Below are positions 24,689 through 34,432 of a DNA stretch of 50,930 nucleotides, in pieces. The translations under genes were made by a program, and so were the position numbers. The notes beneath the pieces were generated by a model that was not told the DNA's origin, did not search any database, and saw only the letters and a program-made list of their open reading frames with translations. The stretch is from an uncultured Gammaproteobacteria bacterium. GTDB taxonomy: Bacteria; Patescibacteriota; Patescibacteriia; Veblenbacterales; UBA10138. The stretch's first letter is position 1, and the number at the start of each line of letters is the position of its first letter. Location: NCBI GenBank assembly GCA_964566145.1, contig CAZMHN010000002.1:23522-74451 (forward strand), in the 5' to 3' direction.

Positions 24689-25957
24689 ATGTCAAAGCCG
24701 GTGTTCAAGCGGCTTCCCAATAGTTTGCCGGTTTTATCCGTCCCCATGCAGGGCACGGAGTCGGTTACGGTATTGGCCATTGCCAATGTCGGCTCGCGGT
24801 ACGAGACCGCGCGCGAGCAAGGCCTTTCACATGTGCTGGAGCACATGCTGTTCAAAGGCACCAAGAAGTGGCCCACGGCCAAGGATTTGTCGCAAACCCT
24901 GGACGGCGTGGGTGCGGATTACAACGCGTTCACCAGCAAAGACCATACGGGCTACTATGTGCGGGTGGCCGCCAAACACCTGCCGCTCGCCATTGATGTC
25001 GTTTCCGACATGGTATGGCACCCGGTGCTAGACGGATCCGAGCTCACGCGGGAGAAGAAGGTTATTTGCGAGGAGATAAAAATGTACGAAGACAACCCCA
25101 TCATGCACATCGGTGACCTGTTGGAAGGCGCGGTGTTCCGGGGTTCAAGCCTGGGGGTGAATATCGCCGGGAGCACGAAGAGCGTTACGGCGCTGACGCG
25201 CTCACAAGTAGTTCGCTATCACCGGACGCATTATACTCCCGGGAATTTGCTGGTTGCCGTGGCAGGCAAGCTCCCCCTGCGTACCGACGCGTTGCTCAGG
25301 CAGGCGTTTGGAGAAGCGGGGCACGGCAGGCGAGGAAAGTTCCCGCCGTTCACAGGCGCTCAGCGCTCCCCCCGGGTGGTCATACAGCATAAGGATACAC
25401 AGCAAGTACAGCTGGCGCTGGGGTTCCCTTCTTACGGATACCGCCACAAGAACCGGCTCGGGTTGGACCTTCTGACGCTGACTTTGGGCGGGAACATGAG
25501 CTCGCGGCTGTTCATGAGACTCCGGGAACGAGAGGGACTGTGCTACTCCATTAGCGCGTCCGCGGATGAGTATGAAGGTACGGGCGTGTTCGCGGTGCAG
25601 GCTGGCCTGGACACCTCGCGCCTGCAGCAAGCCATACGTCTGATACGCGAGGAGCTGGAGCGCACGGTACGCGAACCAGTGGACGCTGACGAGCTCCGAA
25701 AGGCCAAGGAGTACATCAAAGGCAAGCTGACGCTGGTCATGGAGAATTCCGCGGCCAGGGCCCAATGGGCGGCCAAGCAGTTCCTGTTCGAGCGTTCGCT
25801 TGAGAGTTTGAAGGATTTTGTGGCACGTTTGGAGCGGGTCCGCTCTAGCGATCTCCGGCGCGCGGCTCAGGACGTCCTGGCGTTCCAGCGGGCCAGCCTG
25901 GCTTTGATAGGGCCCTTCAAGCAAGCCAAGCCCTGGCAAAAGCTTATTGAACCGTAG
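24689..25957 (+). CDS. M16-family (pitrilysin-like) zinc peptidase
   Basis: Inverted zinc motif HVLEHMLFKG (HxxEH). Two-domain length. ATG 24689 lies just after the glyQS stop. Confidence 0.8.
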   Translation: MSKPVFKRLPNSLPVLSVPMQGTESVTVLAIANVGSRYETAREQGLSHVLEHMLFKGTKKWPTAKDLSQTLDGVGADYNAFTSKDHTGYYVRVAAKHLPLAIDVVSDMVWHPVLDGSELTREKKVICEEIKMYEDNPIMHIGDLLEGAVFRGSSLGVNIAGSTKSVTALTRSQVVRYHRTHYTPGNLLVAVAGKLPLRTDALLRQAFGEAGHGRRGKFPPFTGAQRSPRVVIQHKDTQQVQLALGFPSYGYRHKNRLGLDLLTLTLGGNMSSRLFMRLREREGLCYSISASADEYEGTGVFAVQAGLDTSRLQQAIRLIREELERTVREPVDADELRKAKEYIKGKLTLVMENSAARAQWAAKQFLFERSLESLKDFVARLERVRSSDLRRAAQDVLAFQRASLALIGPFKQAKPWQKLIEP

Positions 25958-25971
25958 TATAGTTAGGGCAT

Positions 25972-27039
25972 ATGGGACAGGCCGAATCCATGAAACTCGA
26001 CATATCCGTAGCCACCTTTTTCAAGGCTTTGGCCATTGTAGTGTCGGTCTACTTCGTATACCGCGTATTGGACGTGCTGGCGCTGGTGTTCGTGGCCATT
26101 ATTTTCGCTACGGCCCTGGAGCCGGCTGTGAACTGGATGAACCGCAACCGCATACCGCGGGCACTGGCCGTGCTAGTTCTGTATCTGGTCATATTCCTGG
26201 TGCTTTCGCTCATCGTCGTGCTTATGGTGCCTCCTCTGGTGGACCAGATAACCGAGCTGGCCAAGAGCTTCCCGTACTATTACGAACGGCTGCTCTCTGC
26301 GTTCTCATACGTTTCCGGCACAGGACACGACCAGGTGGCGGCCGGTATGCAGCAGAACCTGCAGAATCTCGGCTCCAATCTGGCGCAGGCGACGAGTTCT
26401 CTCCTTTCAACGGTTATCGGTATATTCGGCGGCATACTGCAGTTCATCGTGTTGCTTACCATTGCGTTCTACCTCGTTATCGAGGAGGACGGCATCGTGC
26501 GGTTCGTTCGTTCAATCACGCCGTCTGCCTATCAGCCTTACGTCATGCAGCTTATGCGCCGCTTAAAGCAGAAGCTGGGGTCGTGGCTCAGGGGACAGCT
26601 CCTTCTCATGCTCATCATAGGCGTGCTGACGTACGTGGGCCTGGCGCTCCTGGGCGCTAAGTATGCTATGGTTCTCGCCTTATGGGCCGGCATCACGGAG
26701 ATAGTGCCGTACGTAGGACCCATCATCGGCGCCATCCCGGCCATATTCCTGGCGCTGTCGGTGTCGCCGCTGCAGGCCCTGCTCATCACCGCGCTCTACG
26801 TGGTGGTGCAGCAGTTGGAGAATAACATCATCGTGCCCATGGTCATGCGCCGTACGGTGGGCTTGAACCCGATCATCACCATCATCGCCATCGCCATCGG
26901 CGCCAAGCTGGGCGGCGTGATGGGGGCGGTGCTGTCCATACCCGTGGCCGTTTCTCTGGGGGTGTTCCTGTCCGACTTCTTTGACCGGCGCATGGCCGAG
27001 GAAAGCAAGCTGGAGGGAGAGGCTTCGGACGTTTCGTAG
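25972..27039 (+). CDS. AI-2E family transporter (PerM/UPF0118)
   Basis: Polytopic, with EIVPYVGPIIGAIPAIFLAL and VVQQLENNIIVPMVM. TATAGT at 25958-25963 lies 8 nt upstream. Confidence 0.8.
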   Translation: MGQAESMKLDISVATFFKALAIVVSVYFVYRVLDVLALVFVAIIFATALEPAVNWMNRNRIPRALAVLVLYLVIFLVLSLIVVLMVPPLVDQITELAKSFPYYYERLLSAFSYVSGTGHDQVAAGMQQNLQNLGSNLAQATSSLLSTVIGIFGGILQFIVLLTIAFYLVIEEDGIVRFVRSITPSAYQPYVMQLMRRLKQKLGSWLRGQLLLMLIIGVLTYVGLALLGAKYAMVLALWAGITEIVPYVGPIIGAIPAIFLALSVSPLQALLITALYVVVQQLENNIIVPMVMRRTVGLNPIITIIAIAIGAKLGGVMGAVLSIPVAVSLGVFLSDFFDRRMAEESKLEGEASDVS

Positions 27040-27052
27040 CCTTCCGCGTCCC

Positions 27053-27721
27053 ATGGCGGGTACGCTGTACATGGTAGCTACGCCCATAGGCAACTTGGGC
27101 GATGTTTCTGCGCGCGTACAGGAGGTACTGCGCTCGGTTTCGCTTGTGGCGTGCGAAGATACGCGCGTGACCGCCAAGCTCCTTGCCCATTTCGACATAT
27201 CCAAACCGCTGGCGGCGCTGCACCACCATTCACCCGAGCGCATTGTGCGCGGCCTGGTGGAGAGGCTCGCCGCAGGCGAAGACATTGCCTATGCTTCAGA
27301 CGCAGGTACGCCCGGCCTGGCCGACCCCGGAGGCAAGCTGGTGGAATCGGCGGTTTCAGCCGGCATTACCGTGGTTCCCGTACCAGGTCCCTCGGCTGTT
27401 ACGGCCGTACTTTCCGTGGCCGGCCTGCCCGCGAACCAGTATATTTTTTTAGGCTACCCTCCGCACAAGAAAGGCAGGCAGGCGTTTTTCCGCGAGGCGT
27501 CGGAGTGCAGCCACGCCGTGGTTTTCTTCGAATCTACCCACCGCATTATTAAAACCCTGACCGAGCTCGGCAGAGCCATAGGCGAGCGCAAGCTGGTGGT
27601 GGGGAGAGAGCTTACGAAATTGCATGAGACCGTTTACCGCGGCAGTGAAGCGGAGATACGCGCACAACTTGAGCAAACATCCACCAAGGGCGAATTCGTT
27701 ATTGTGGTGGCGCCCAAATGA
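27053..27721 (+). CDS. rsmI: 16S rRNA (cytidine1402-2'-O)-methyltransferase
   Basis: GTLYMVATPIGNLGDVSARVQEVLRSVSLVACEDTR, DAGTPGLADPG, and ESTHRI. ATG 27053 lies inside ORF 26981-27721. Confidence 0.85.
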   Translation: MAGTLYMVATPIGNLGDVSARVQEVLRSVSLVACEDTRVTAKLLAHFDISKPLAALHHHSPERIVRGLVERLAAGEDIAYASDAGTPGLADPGGKLVESAVSAGITVVPVPGPSAVTAVLSVAGLPANQYIFLGYPPHKKGRQAFFREASECSHAVVFFESTHRIIKTLTELGRAIGERKLVVGRELTKLHETVYRGSEAEIRAQLEQTSTKGEFVIVVAPK

Positions 27722-27955
27722 AACCCCCGCAGTTGACCGTTGTACGGTGCTGCAGGGGGTGGTACGTATCGGTTAGGCTGTTGCGTCTCACACGGTTGGC
27801 CGACCATGTGCGACGAGGCCGCGCAGAGGCCATGGGCTTATGAGGCGTTTGGTGTGCGCTAATGTGGCCGTGCAACCAGCTTGTCGTGTTCGACAAGCCC
27901 GATACATTCTGGTACTTTTTAGCTGGTAGGGAAGCATAATTACTATACCGTACTC

Positions 27956-29371
27956 ATGTCAAGGTTCTACGTTACCACCCCTATCTACTACGTGAACGAC
28001 AAGCCGCACCTAGGGCACGCGTACACCACGTTGTGCGCGGACGTTTTGGCGCGCTGGCACAAGGCGCGCGGCGACGAGGTGTTCTTTCTGACCGGCACAG
28101 ATGAACACGGGGCCAAAGTGGAACAGTCGGCTAAAGAGGCGGGGCTAAGCCCGCAGGAGTTTGCGGGACAGAACGCGGAACGGTTCAAGGCCGCCTGGAA
28201 TGACCTTAACATCGGTTACGATTATTTCTTGCGCACGTCCCAGCCTGAGCATGAGCAAGTGGTGAAGGATTTCATACAGCGCATCTACGACGCCGGGTAC
28301 ATTTATCAAGGCGAGTATGAGGGCCTTTACTGCATTGGATGTGAGAAGTATTTGAAGGAAGATGATTTGGTCGATGACAAGTGTCCTTTGCACCCGAATC
28401 GCGAGCCGGTGAAGCAAAAGGAGAAGAACTACTTTTTCAAGCTCTCGTCGTTCCGGGAGAAGTTGCTCACGGCCATTGAGTCTGGCGGATATTCGATAGT
28501 GCCCGACGCCAGGCGCAAGGAGATAGTCGGCAAGCTGAAGCAGGGCCTGGACGACCTGTCTATCTCCCGTGAATCAGTGGAGTGGGGCGTACGCGTGCCG
28601 TGGGACGAAACCCAGACCATATACGTATGGATAGACGCGCTCATCAACTACTACTCGGCTACGCAGTTCGTGTCAGGCAGGCAGGAGTTTTGGCCGGCTG
28701 ACGTGCACCTTTTGGCCAAGGACATAGTCTGGTTCCACGCGGTCATTTGGGAGGCCATGCTTATGGCCGCCGGTTTGCCCTTGCCTAAGGTGATAGCCAC
28801 TCACGGCTTCTTCACGATTGACGGACAAAAGATGTCAAAGAGCCTGGGCAACGTGATAGACCCGAACGACCTGGTGAAGGAATTCGGCGTGGAAGCCGCG
28901 CGTTACCTAATGCTCTCCCAGCTATCATTCACGACCGACAGCGACGTGTCCTTGGCGCGATTCCGGGAACGGTACGAATCGGATTTGGCGAACGGCCTCG
29001 GCAATACATTTTCGCGCGTAACGAACATGGTTGAGAAGTACGGGTCGCCTGCAGTAGGTTCTGCGAAAGTTCCGCCCGAACGTGAAGTAGCTGAAGAAGT
29101 GAACAATTTTCAGTTCGATATTGCATTGAGCACAATTTTTGGTTTTTTGCGGAGCATCGACCAGGAAATTGAGAAAGCTAGACCTTGGCAGATGGCAAAA
29201 GAAGGCAAAGACGAAGACGTCAAAGTGTTGCTCGCGGGTTGGACGCAAGAACTCCGGCAAGTAGCGGGACTGCTCGAACCATTTATGCCGGAAACGAGCC
29301 GGAAGATGGTAGCCGCACTGACGGCTGAACGAATCACCAAAGCTGAACCCTTGTTCCCAAGGTTAACTTAA
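27956..29371 (+). CDS. metG: methionine--tRNA ligase (short form)
   Basis: PHLGHAYTT (HIGH), KMSKSLGN, and a CxxC...C knuckle (YCIGCEKY...KCPLH). Confidence 0.9.
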   Translation: MSRFYVTTPIYYVNDKPHLGHAYTTLCADVLARWHKARGDEVFFLTGTDEHGAKVEQSAKEAGLSPQEFAGQNAERFKAAWNDLNIGYDYFLRTSQPEHEQVVKDFIQRIYDAGYIYQGEYEGLYCIGCEKYLKEDDLVDDKCPLHPNREPVKQKEKNYFFKLSSFREKLLTAIESGGYSIVPDARRKEIVGKLKQGLDDLSISRESVEWGVRVPWDETQTIYVWIDALINYYSATQFVSGRQEFWPADVHLLAKDIVWFHAVIWEAMLMAAGLPLPKVIATHGFFTIDGQKMSKSLGNVIDPNDLVKEFGVEAARYLMLSQLSFTTDSDVSLARFRERYESDLANGLGNTFSRVTNMVEKYGSPAVGSAKVPPEREVAEEVNNFQFDIALSTIFGFLRSIDQEIEKARPWQMAKEGKDEDVKVLLAGWTQELRQVAGLLEPFMPETSRKMVAALTAERITKAEPLFPRLT

Positions 29372-29378
29372 ATCCACT

Positions 29379-29942
29379 ATGACCACGCTCGACGTGCTCC
29401 TTCTCCTTCTCCTCGTCGGATTCGCCTGGTTCGGGTTCTGGTTCGGTCTCATTCATGCGGTGGGCGGACTGGCCGGTACCGTTCTGGGAGCCTGGCTGGC
29501 CGGACACTACTACGCCGTCGTGTCGGCGCCGTTCGAAACGCTGTTCGCCGCGGAAGGCGCCTGGCTGAAGCTGTTCTTCTTCCTGGCTATCTTCATTTTT
29601 GTGAACAGGCTCATAGGGTTCGGGTTCTACCTGCTGGACCGCACTTTCGCATTCCTGACGCGCATGCCGTTCCTCAAGACCATAGACCGTTTGTCCGGCG
29701 CCGTGCTCGGTCTGGTGGAAGGCGCGTTCGTCATCGGACTCACGCTGGTACTGGCCTCGCAGTACCTTGAACTCTCTTCTGCAGTGGAGCAGGCCATAGC
29801 CTCTTCCCGCATCGCTTTCGGCCTCACCGCCTTCGCTGGGGTGCTTGTGCCGCTCCTGCCGGAGTTCGTGGACTACGCCAGGCCGTACCTGCCCCCGGGA
29901 GTGAACCTGCCTGCCGAACAGCCGCCGGTGTATGGTAGATAG
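29379..29942 (+). CDS. cvpA: CvpA-family membrane protein
   Basis: DVLLLLLLVGFAWFGFWFGLIHAVGGLAGTVLGAWLAGHYY and four TM helices. Confidence 0.7.
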   Translation: MTTLDVLLLLLLVGFAWFGFWFGLIHAVGGLAGTVLGAWLAGHYYAVVSAPFETLFAAEGAWLKLFFFLAIFIFVNRLIGFGFYLLDRTFAFLTRMPFLKTIDRLSGAVLGLVEGAFVIGLTLVLASQYLELSSAVEQAIASSRIAFGLTAFAGVLVPLLPEFVDYARPYLPPGVNLPAEQPPVYGR

Positions 29943-30708
29943 CCATTGTCACCTCGACTTCCCGGATTACCAGGAGGATTTCGAGGCGGTACTGGAGCGC
30001 ACGAGAGGAACGCTCGAGTTTGTCGTGAACGTGGGGACCGACGTGCACACGAGCGAGCGCACGGTCGATTTGGCCGCGGCTCAAGGATTCGCGTACGCGT
30101 CCGTGGGCATACACCCGCACGACGCCTCAACCGTTACGGATTCGGCCATGGATAGACTGCGTACCCTTACCAAAGAACCAAAGGTGGTGGCTATAGGGGA
30201 GTGCGGGCTTGATTACACGGGGTTTGCTCCCGGGCAGGAAGAAGCTGAGAAAGCCGTTCAGAAAGAGGTGTTCGTACAGCACATCGAACTGGCTCGTGAG
30301 CTGAAGTTGCCGCTCATTATCCACTGCCGCGATGCGTACGGGGATTTGCTCAAGGTTCTGACAGAGCAGGGTGGGCAATTGCGCGGCGTGGTGCACTGCT
30401 TCCTTGGCACGCCCCAAGAGGCCCGCGCGTTCATGGAACTGGGACTTTTCATTTCTTTCACCGGCATTATCACGTTCAAGAACGCCGCGCCGGAGCTGCT
30501 GGAATCCGTGCGGCAGGTTCCGCTCGCGCGCATGATGGTGGAAACCGATGCGCCGTTCCTGGCGCCGGTGCCGCATCGCGGCAAGCGCAACGAGCCGGCG
30601 TACGTCACGGAGGTGGCGAAGAAGGTGGCGGAATTGAGGGGAATAGGGTACGTCGAGGTGGAACAAAAGACCACGCAGAACGCACGGGCGCTGTTCGGCA
30701 TCTCCTAG
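29932..30708 (+). CDS. tatD: TatD-family metal-dependent hydrolase
   Basis: VDSHCHLDF, AIGECGLDY, IIHCRDA, HCF, and ETDAPFL. Confidence 0.85.
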   Translation: MVDSHCHLDFPDYQEDFEAVLERTRGTLEFVVNVGTDVHTSERTVDLAAAQGFAYASVGIHPHDASTVTDSAMDRLRTLTKEPKVVAIGECGLDYTGFAPGQEEAEKAVQKEVFVQHIELARELKLPLIIHCRDAYGDLLKVLTEQGGQLRGVVHCFLGTPQEARAFMELGLFISFTGIITFKNAAPELLESVRQVPLARMMVETDAPFLAPVPHRGKRNEPAYVTEVAKKVAELRGIGYVEVEQKTTQNARALFGIS

Positions 30709-30731
30709 GGAAGTGCTACACTTATAGCCGT

Positions 30732-31790
30732 ATGGGAACTGAATTCATAGTTTTACTGGCGGTCGTGGTGGCTGGTTTTGCCGCCATGCTGTGGTTTTTG
30801 CGCACGCGGGCCGGCGAGCCGAAACAGGACAACCAGTCCATGTTGCTGCTCCAGAACCAGCTGAACGAGCTGACGCGCACGCTGGATACCAAGCTGGGCG
30901 AATCCACGCGCATTCTGCAAACCCAGTTCGGCGAGTCGGCCAGGATAATCCGCGACGTGACCGAGCGCCTGACCAAGCTGGACGAGACCAACCGCCAGGT
31001 GGTGAATTTCGCGGACCAGCTTCAGAGTCTGCAGGACATCCTGAAGAACCCGAAGCAGCGCGGCATCCTGGGTGAGTACTATCTGGAAACACTTCTGAAG
31101 AACATACTGCCGCCAGACCACTACGAAATGCAGTTCGATTTGGGCACGGACGAATCGACCGGACAAAAGCTCATTGCCGACGCAGTCATCAAAGTGAAGG
31201 ACAAGCTCATCCCAGTGGACTCAAAGTTCAGCCTGGAGAACTACAACCGCCTGGTGGAAGCGCATACTGACGAAGAGAGGGATCGGTACGAAAAAGCTTT
31301 CGTCAACGACCTCAAGCTCCGCATACAGGAAACAGCCAAGTACATCCGGCCTGAGAAGGGCACGCTGGATTTTGCGTTCATGTTCATCCCGCACGAGGCC
31401 ATTTACTACGACCTGCTCATAAACAAGATAGGGGCGGTGACCGAGAACACAGAGAACCTGGTCCAGCGCGCGGCGGGCAAGTACAAGGTCATCATCGTAT
31501 CGCCAACGTCTTTCCTGGCGTATCTGCAAACGGTGCTCCAGGGTTTGCGCGCCATGATGATAGAAGAATCGGCCAAGGAGATACGCAAGAACGTGGAGCT
31601 TCTGGGCAAGCACCTTTCCAGTTATGAGGATTACATGAAGAAGCTCGGCAACCACCTGGGTACGTCGGTGAACGCGTATAACACGGCGTATGACGAGCTC
31701 AGGAAGGTGGACAAGGACGTCATGAAGATATCCGGCTCGGCCGCAGGCATAGAACCCCTGCAACTGGAGAAACCGAAAGACCGTGAGTGA
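30732..31790 (+). CDS. rmuC: DNA recombination protein RmuC
   Basis: N-terminal TM helix, coiled coil, FAFMFIPHEAIYYDL, and VIIVSPTSFLAYLQTV. Confidence 0.8.
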   Translation: MGTEFIVLLAVVVAGFAAMLWFLRTRAGEPKQDNQSMLLLQNQLNELTRTLDTKLGESTRILQTQFGESARIIRDVTERLTKLDETNRQVVNFADQLQSLQDILKNPKQRGILGEYYLETLLKNILPPDHYEMQFDLGTDESTGQKLIADAVIKVKDKLIPVDSKFSLENYNRLVEAHTDEERDRYEKAFVNDLKLRIQETAKYIRPEKGTLDFAFMFIPHEAIYYDLLINKIGAVTENTENLVQRAAGKYKVIIVSPTSFLAYLQTVLQGLRAMMIEESAKEIRKNVELLGKHLSSYEDYMKKLGNHLGTSVNAYNTAYDELRKVDKDVMKISGSAAGIEPLQLEKPKDRE

Positions 31791-31828
31791 ACAAGGGGAT
31801 TTTTGGGGGTTTTAGGATGAGTAGGAGT

Positions 31829-31859
31829 TTTTTGGCTAAGTTAAGCCAAAAAGGTTTTT
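31829..31859 (+). terminator. weak A/U-rich hairpin terminator after rmuC
   Basis: TTTTTGGCT (31829-31837) pairs with AGCCAAAAA (31844-31852), followed by GGTTTTT. Confidence 0.35.
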
Positions 31860-31864
31860 ATGCG

Positions 31865-31893
31865 TTGACGCGGGGCCTCAGGCAGGGTATACT
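31865..31893 (+). promoter_or_regulatory. sigma70-like promoter of the atp operon (TTGACG-17-TATACT)
   Basis: TTGACG at 31865-31870, a 17-nt spacer and TATACT at 31888-31893, 19 nt before ATG 31913. Confidence 0.6.
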
Positions 31894-31912
31894 TGTCCCT
31901 CGATTGTGAACT

Positions 31913-32224
31913 ATGGTTATGGATAATCCCAAGCAAGACGCTAATTCGAATCGATCATTGTTCCGGGCCTTAGGCCTGGCTTGGGAGCTTGGATACACCA
32001 TAGCTATACCGCTGGTCATTCTGGCGCTGGTCGGACGGCTGTTGGACAAGACGCTCAATTCCTCCCCCTGGTTCCTTCTGGCCGGGGTGCTTTTGTCCAT
32101 CGTAGCTTCCACGTGGCTCGTGTACCGTAAGACTAAATTGATAGTCGACGACTCGGCGCGGGCCCCGTCCTCACAGGCCGGACAGGCTGGCGAGGCAAAG
32201 AACGAAACTGACCATACGGTATGA
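31913..32224 (+). CDS. ATP synthase protein I-like small membrane protein (AtpZ/AtpI family)
   Basis: First gene of the atp operon. Two TM helices, with LFRALGLAWELGYTIAIPLVILALVGRLLDK. Its stop overlaps the atpB start (ATGA). Confidence 0.6.
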   Translation: MVMDNPKQDANSNRSLFRALGLAWELGYTIAIPLVILALVGRLLDKTLNSSPWFLLAGVLLSIVASTWLVYRKTKLIVDDSARAPSSQAGQAGEAKNETDHTV

Positions 32225-32994
32225 ACATTTCCCTGGCAGCAGAACCAATTTTCCATCTAGGCTCGTTCGCCGTCACCAATTCACTGCTCGTGGCCGTGCT
32301 GGTGATGGCTTTTTTGTGCACCCTGGCGCTGGTGTTGTCGCGGCGTAAGCTGGCGGCGGTGCCCCAAGGACTGCAGAATCTGACCGAGACCGTCATCGAA
32401 GGCGCGCTCTCATTCGTAGAATCGGTGGTCGGCGACCGCGCCAAAGCGGAACGGTTCCTGCCTTTGACGGCTACCATCTTCTTTTTTGTTCTGTTCTCGA
32501 ACTGGTTCGGGCTCCTGCCCGGCGTGGGCACCATCGGCCTGTATGAAACGCACAACGGGCACCAGGTGCTCGTGCCGTTCCTCAGGTCCGCTTCAGCCGA
32601 CCTCAACGGCACCCTGGCCATCGCCCTAATCTCGGTTCTGGGCACGCAGCTGTTCGGCATCATCACGCTGGGGTTTGTGAAGCACACCAGTAAGTATGTG
32701 GACGTCATGGGGCTCATCAAGCACTTCTCGTTTCAGAAGGTCATCATGTTTTTCGTAGGCATCCTGGAGCTCATTTCCGAGGTGGCCAAAGTGGTTTCCT
32801 TCTCCTTCCGTCTCTTCGGCAACATCTTCGCCGGCGAAGTGCTCCTCATAGTCGTATCCGCGCTGGTTCCGTTCCTGGCGCCTCTGCCGTTCCTGTTCCT
32901 GGAGGTATTCGTCGGGTTTGTGCAGGCACTGGTGTTCTCGCTCCTCACTTTGGTGTTCCTTACCATAGCGACGGTTGAACACGCGGAGCACTAG
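32221..32994 (+). CDS. atpB: F0 ATP synthase subunit a
   Basis: Essential-Arg region SFSFRLFGNIFAGEVLL. Polytopic. Confidence 0.9.
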   Translation: MNISLAAEPIFHLGSFAVTNSLLVAVLVMAFLCTLALVLSRRKLAAVPQGLQNLTETVIEGALSFVESVVGDRAKAERFLPLTATIFFFVLFSNWFGLLPGVGTIGLYETHNGHQVLVPFLRSASADLNGTLAIALISVLGTQLFGIITLGFVKHTSKYVDVMGLIKHFSFQKVIMFFVGILELISEVAKVVSFSFRLFGNIFAGEVLLIVVSALVPFLAPLPFLFLEVFVGFVQALVFSLLTLVFLTIATVEHAEH

Positions 32995-33120
32995 TGCGTG
33001 GCGTTTCCCCCGGAATCGTCCGGGCGAGACGCTAATCACTAGCTTAAGCGTACGGGACGACGGCGTTACATAAAAAATCATTCGCCGTAGCGCAACGAAC
33101 GCTTGAAAGGTCTAAAGAGT

Positions 33121-33396
33121 ATGGCACTCGAACAAGAAGCCATGGAGCTTGCCCAGACCGCCAGCGGGTTCACCCCTGACGTGCTGAAGGGCATGGCTGC
33201 CGGCGCCACTATCGCCATCGGCGGAATTTTTCCGGCCATGGCCATTGGACGCCTGGCCGCCAAGGCCATGGAATCCATCGGACGCAACCCCGAGGCTGCG
33301 GCCAAAGTGCAGACGGCCATGATACTGGCAACAGCCTTCTGTGAGGCTATCGCCATCTACGCGCTGGTTATGGCGCTCATCATAAAGTTCGTCTAG
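33121..33396 (+). CDS. atpE: F0 ATP synthase subunit c
   Basis: Hairpin proteolipid with GRNPE loop and carboxylate helix [17 protein letters not shown] 33121 lies inside ORF 33103-33396. Confidence 0.85.
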   Translation: MALEQEAMELAQTASGFTPDVLKGMAAGATIAIGGIFPAMAIGRLAAKAMESIGRNPEAAAKVQTAMILATAFCEAIAIYALVMALIIKFV

Positions 33397-33479
33397 AACT
33401 TAGCGTTCGCATCACGGCGGAACGTGCCCAAAGCACGGCCGCCCTAACGTGAACACTAGGCAATAAACCACTTGAGCGT

Positions 33480-33986
33480 ATGGAACTCATCACCAAACTA
33501 GGCATCGACTGGAAACTTCTGCTGGCGCAGATAGTGAATTTCCTCATCGTTTTAGGCGTGCTGTATCGCTTCCTGTACCGTCCGCTCGTGAAGCACCTGG
33601 CTGACCGCAAGGAGCGCATCGACCGCTCCCTGCAGGAGGCTCAGCGCATAGAGGAAGAGCTCAGGGCAATCCAAAACAGGAAGGCCGAAGCGGAACTGGA
33701 AGCCAAGCGCCGCGCCCAGGAGATAGTGGACGAGGCCATGAAAGAAGCCGGCGGCCGGCGCCAGGAGATACTGGAGAAGGTGAAAGAAGAGGCGGCCGAG
33801 GCCGTACGGGAGGCCCGCAGGCAGATGGAGTCGGAGCGCGAAGCGGTCCTGACCGACGTGCGGAGAGAAGCGGCCAAGCTCGTGACCCTGGCCGTAACCC
33901 GCGTGATTGGGAAGCTGAAGCCGGGCGACATAGACAAGGAACTCGTGACCGAGGTCGTTGCCGAGCTTGCCAAACGAAGAGGGTAG
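33480..33986 (+). CDS. atpF: F0 ATP synthase subunit b
   Basis: N-terminal TM helix followed by a long charged helix (EAELEAKRRAQEIVDEA...). Position in the operon supports the call. Confidence 0.8.
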   Translation: MELITKLGIDWKLLLAQIVNFLIVLGVLYRFLYRPLVKHLADRKERIDRSLQEAQRIEEELRAIQNRKAEAELEAKRRAQEIVDEAMKEAGGRRQEILEKVKEEAAEAVREARRQMESEREAVLTDVRREAAKLVTLAVTRVIGKLKPGDIDKELVTEVVAELAKRRG

Positions 33987-33987
33987 T

Positions 33988-34398
33988 ATGAGACTGACCC
34001 CGCGACATTACGCAGAAGCTTACCTGGTGCTGGCAGAACAGGTGCACGCCCGGCAGTTGCCCGAGTTGGCGCGCCGGTTCTGGGAACTCGTGGCCCGTGA
34101 GCGGAAGTTCGCCTGGCGCAAGCGCATCATGCTTGAAGCTGGTGAGCTGCAGCTGGTGCGTTCCGGGGGAACAAAGGTTTTTGTGCAGACTGCCCGAGAG
34201 CCAGGTCCGGACATGAAGCGCCTCATCGAGCGCGGCCTAGCTAAGAGCTTGGGTAAGGCGGTTGAAATCGAGTATGCGGTGAAACCCCACCTGCTTTCCG
34301 GCGCGGTCATTGAGATGGACGACCGTCGGTACGACGGGAGCCTGAAGGGCAGGCTCGACGCACTGGAGCGCGCCCTGGCCGGAGAGGTACATTCCTAA
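33988..34398 (+). CDS. atpH: F1 ATP synthase subunit delta (short, OSCP-like)
   Basis: Lies between atpF and atpA. C-terminal [21 protein letters not shown] resembles the delta C-terminus. ATG 33988 lies inside ORF 33958-34398. Confidence 0.6.
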   Translation: MRLTPRHYAEAYLVLAEQVHARQLPELARRFWELVARERKFAWRKRIMLEAGELQLVRSGGTKVFVQTAREPGPDMKRLIERGLAKSLGKAVEIEYAVKPHLLSGAVIEMDDRRYDGSLKGRLDALERALAGEVHS

Positions 34399-34432
34399 AC
34401 TTTCATTGACTAGCATTCATTTTTGGAAACAT

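Noticed and set aside
25947-26660. 237-aa + strand ORF in an alternate frame of the AI-2E permease gene.
   Set aside because: The frame starting at 25972 gives a coherent polytopic permease with family motifs. The alternate frame is Arg/Gly/Ala-rich nonsense.
27722-27955. A T-box-like 9-mer GGGTGGTAC (about 27757-27765) in the 235-nt spacer upstream of metG.
   Set aside because: It forms the 3' arm of the hairpin CCCCCGCAG...CTGCAGGGGG right after rsmI, and it lies about 190 nt from the metG ATG. I found no Stem I or specifier loop, and no antiterminator/terminator pair after it. The spacer otherwise remains unexplained.
31831-31850. A recurrent intergenic GGCTAAG / TTTGGCTAA motif, seen at about 3248-3257, 4888-4894, 31831-31840, 42942-42950 and 43028-43034.
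   Set aside because: The motif is short. In one case it is just a Gly codon plus a TAA stop (42945-42950), and in others it is part of ordinary small terminator hairpins. I cannot distinguish it from chance without genome-wide counts.
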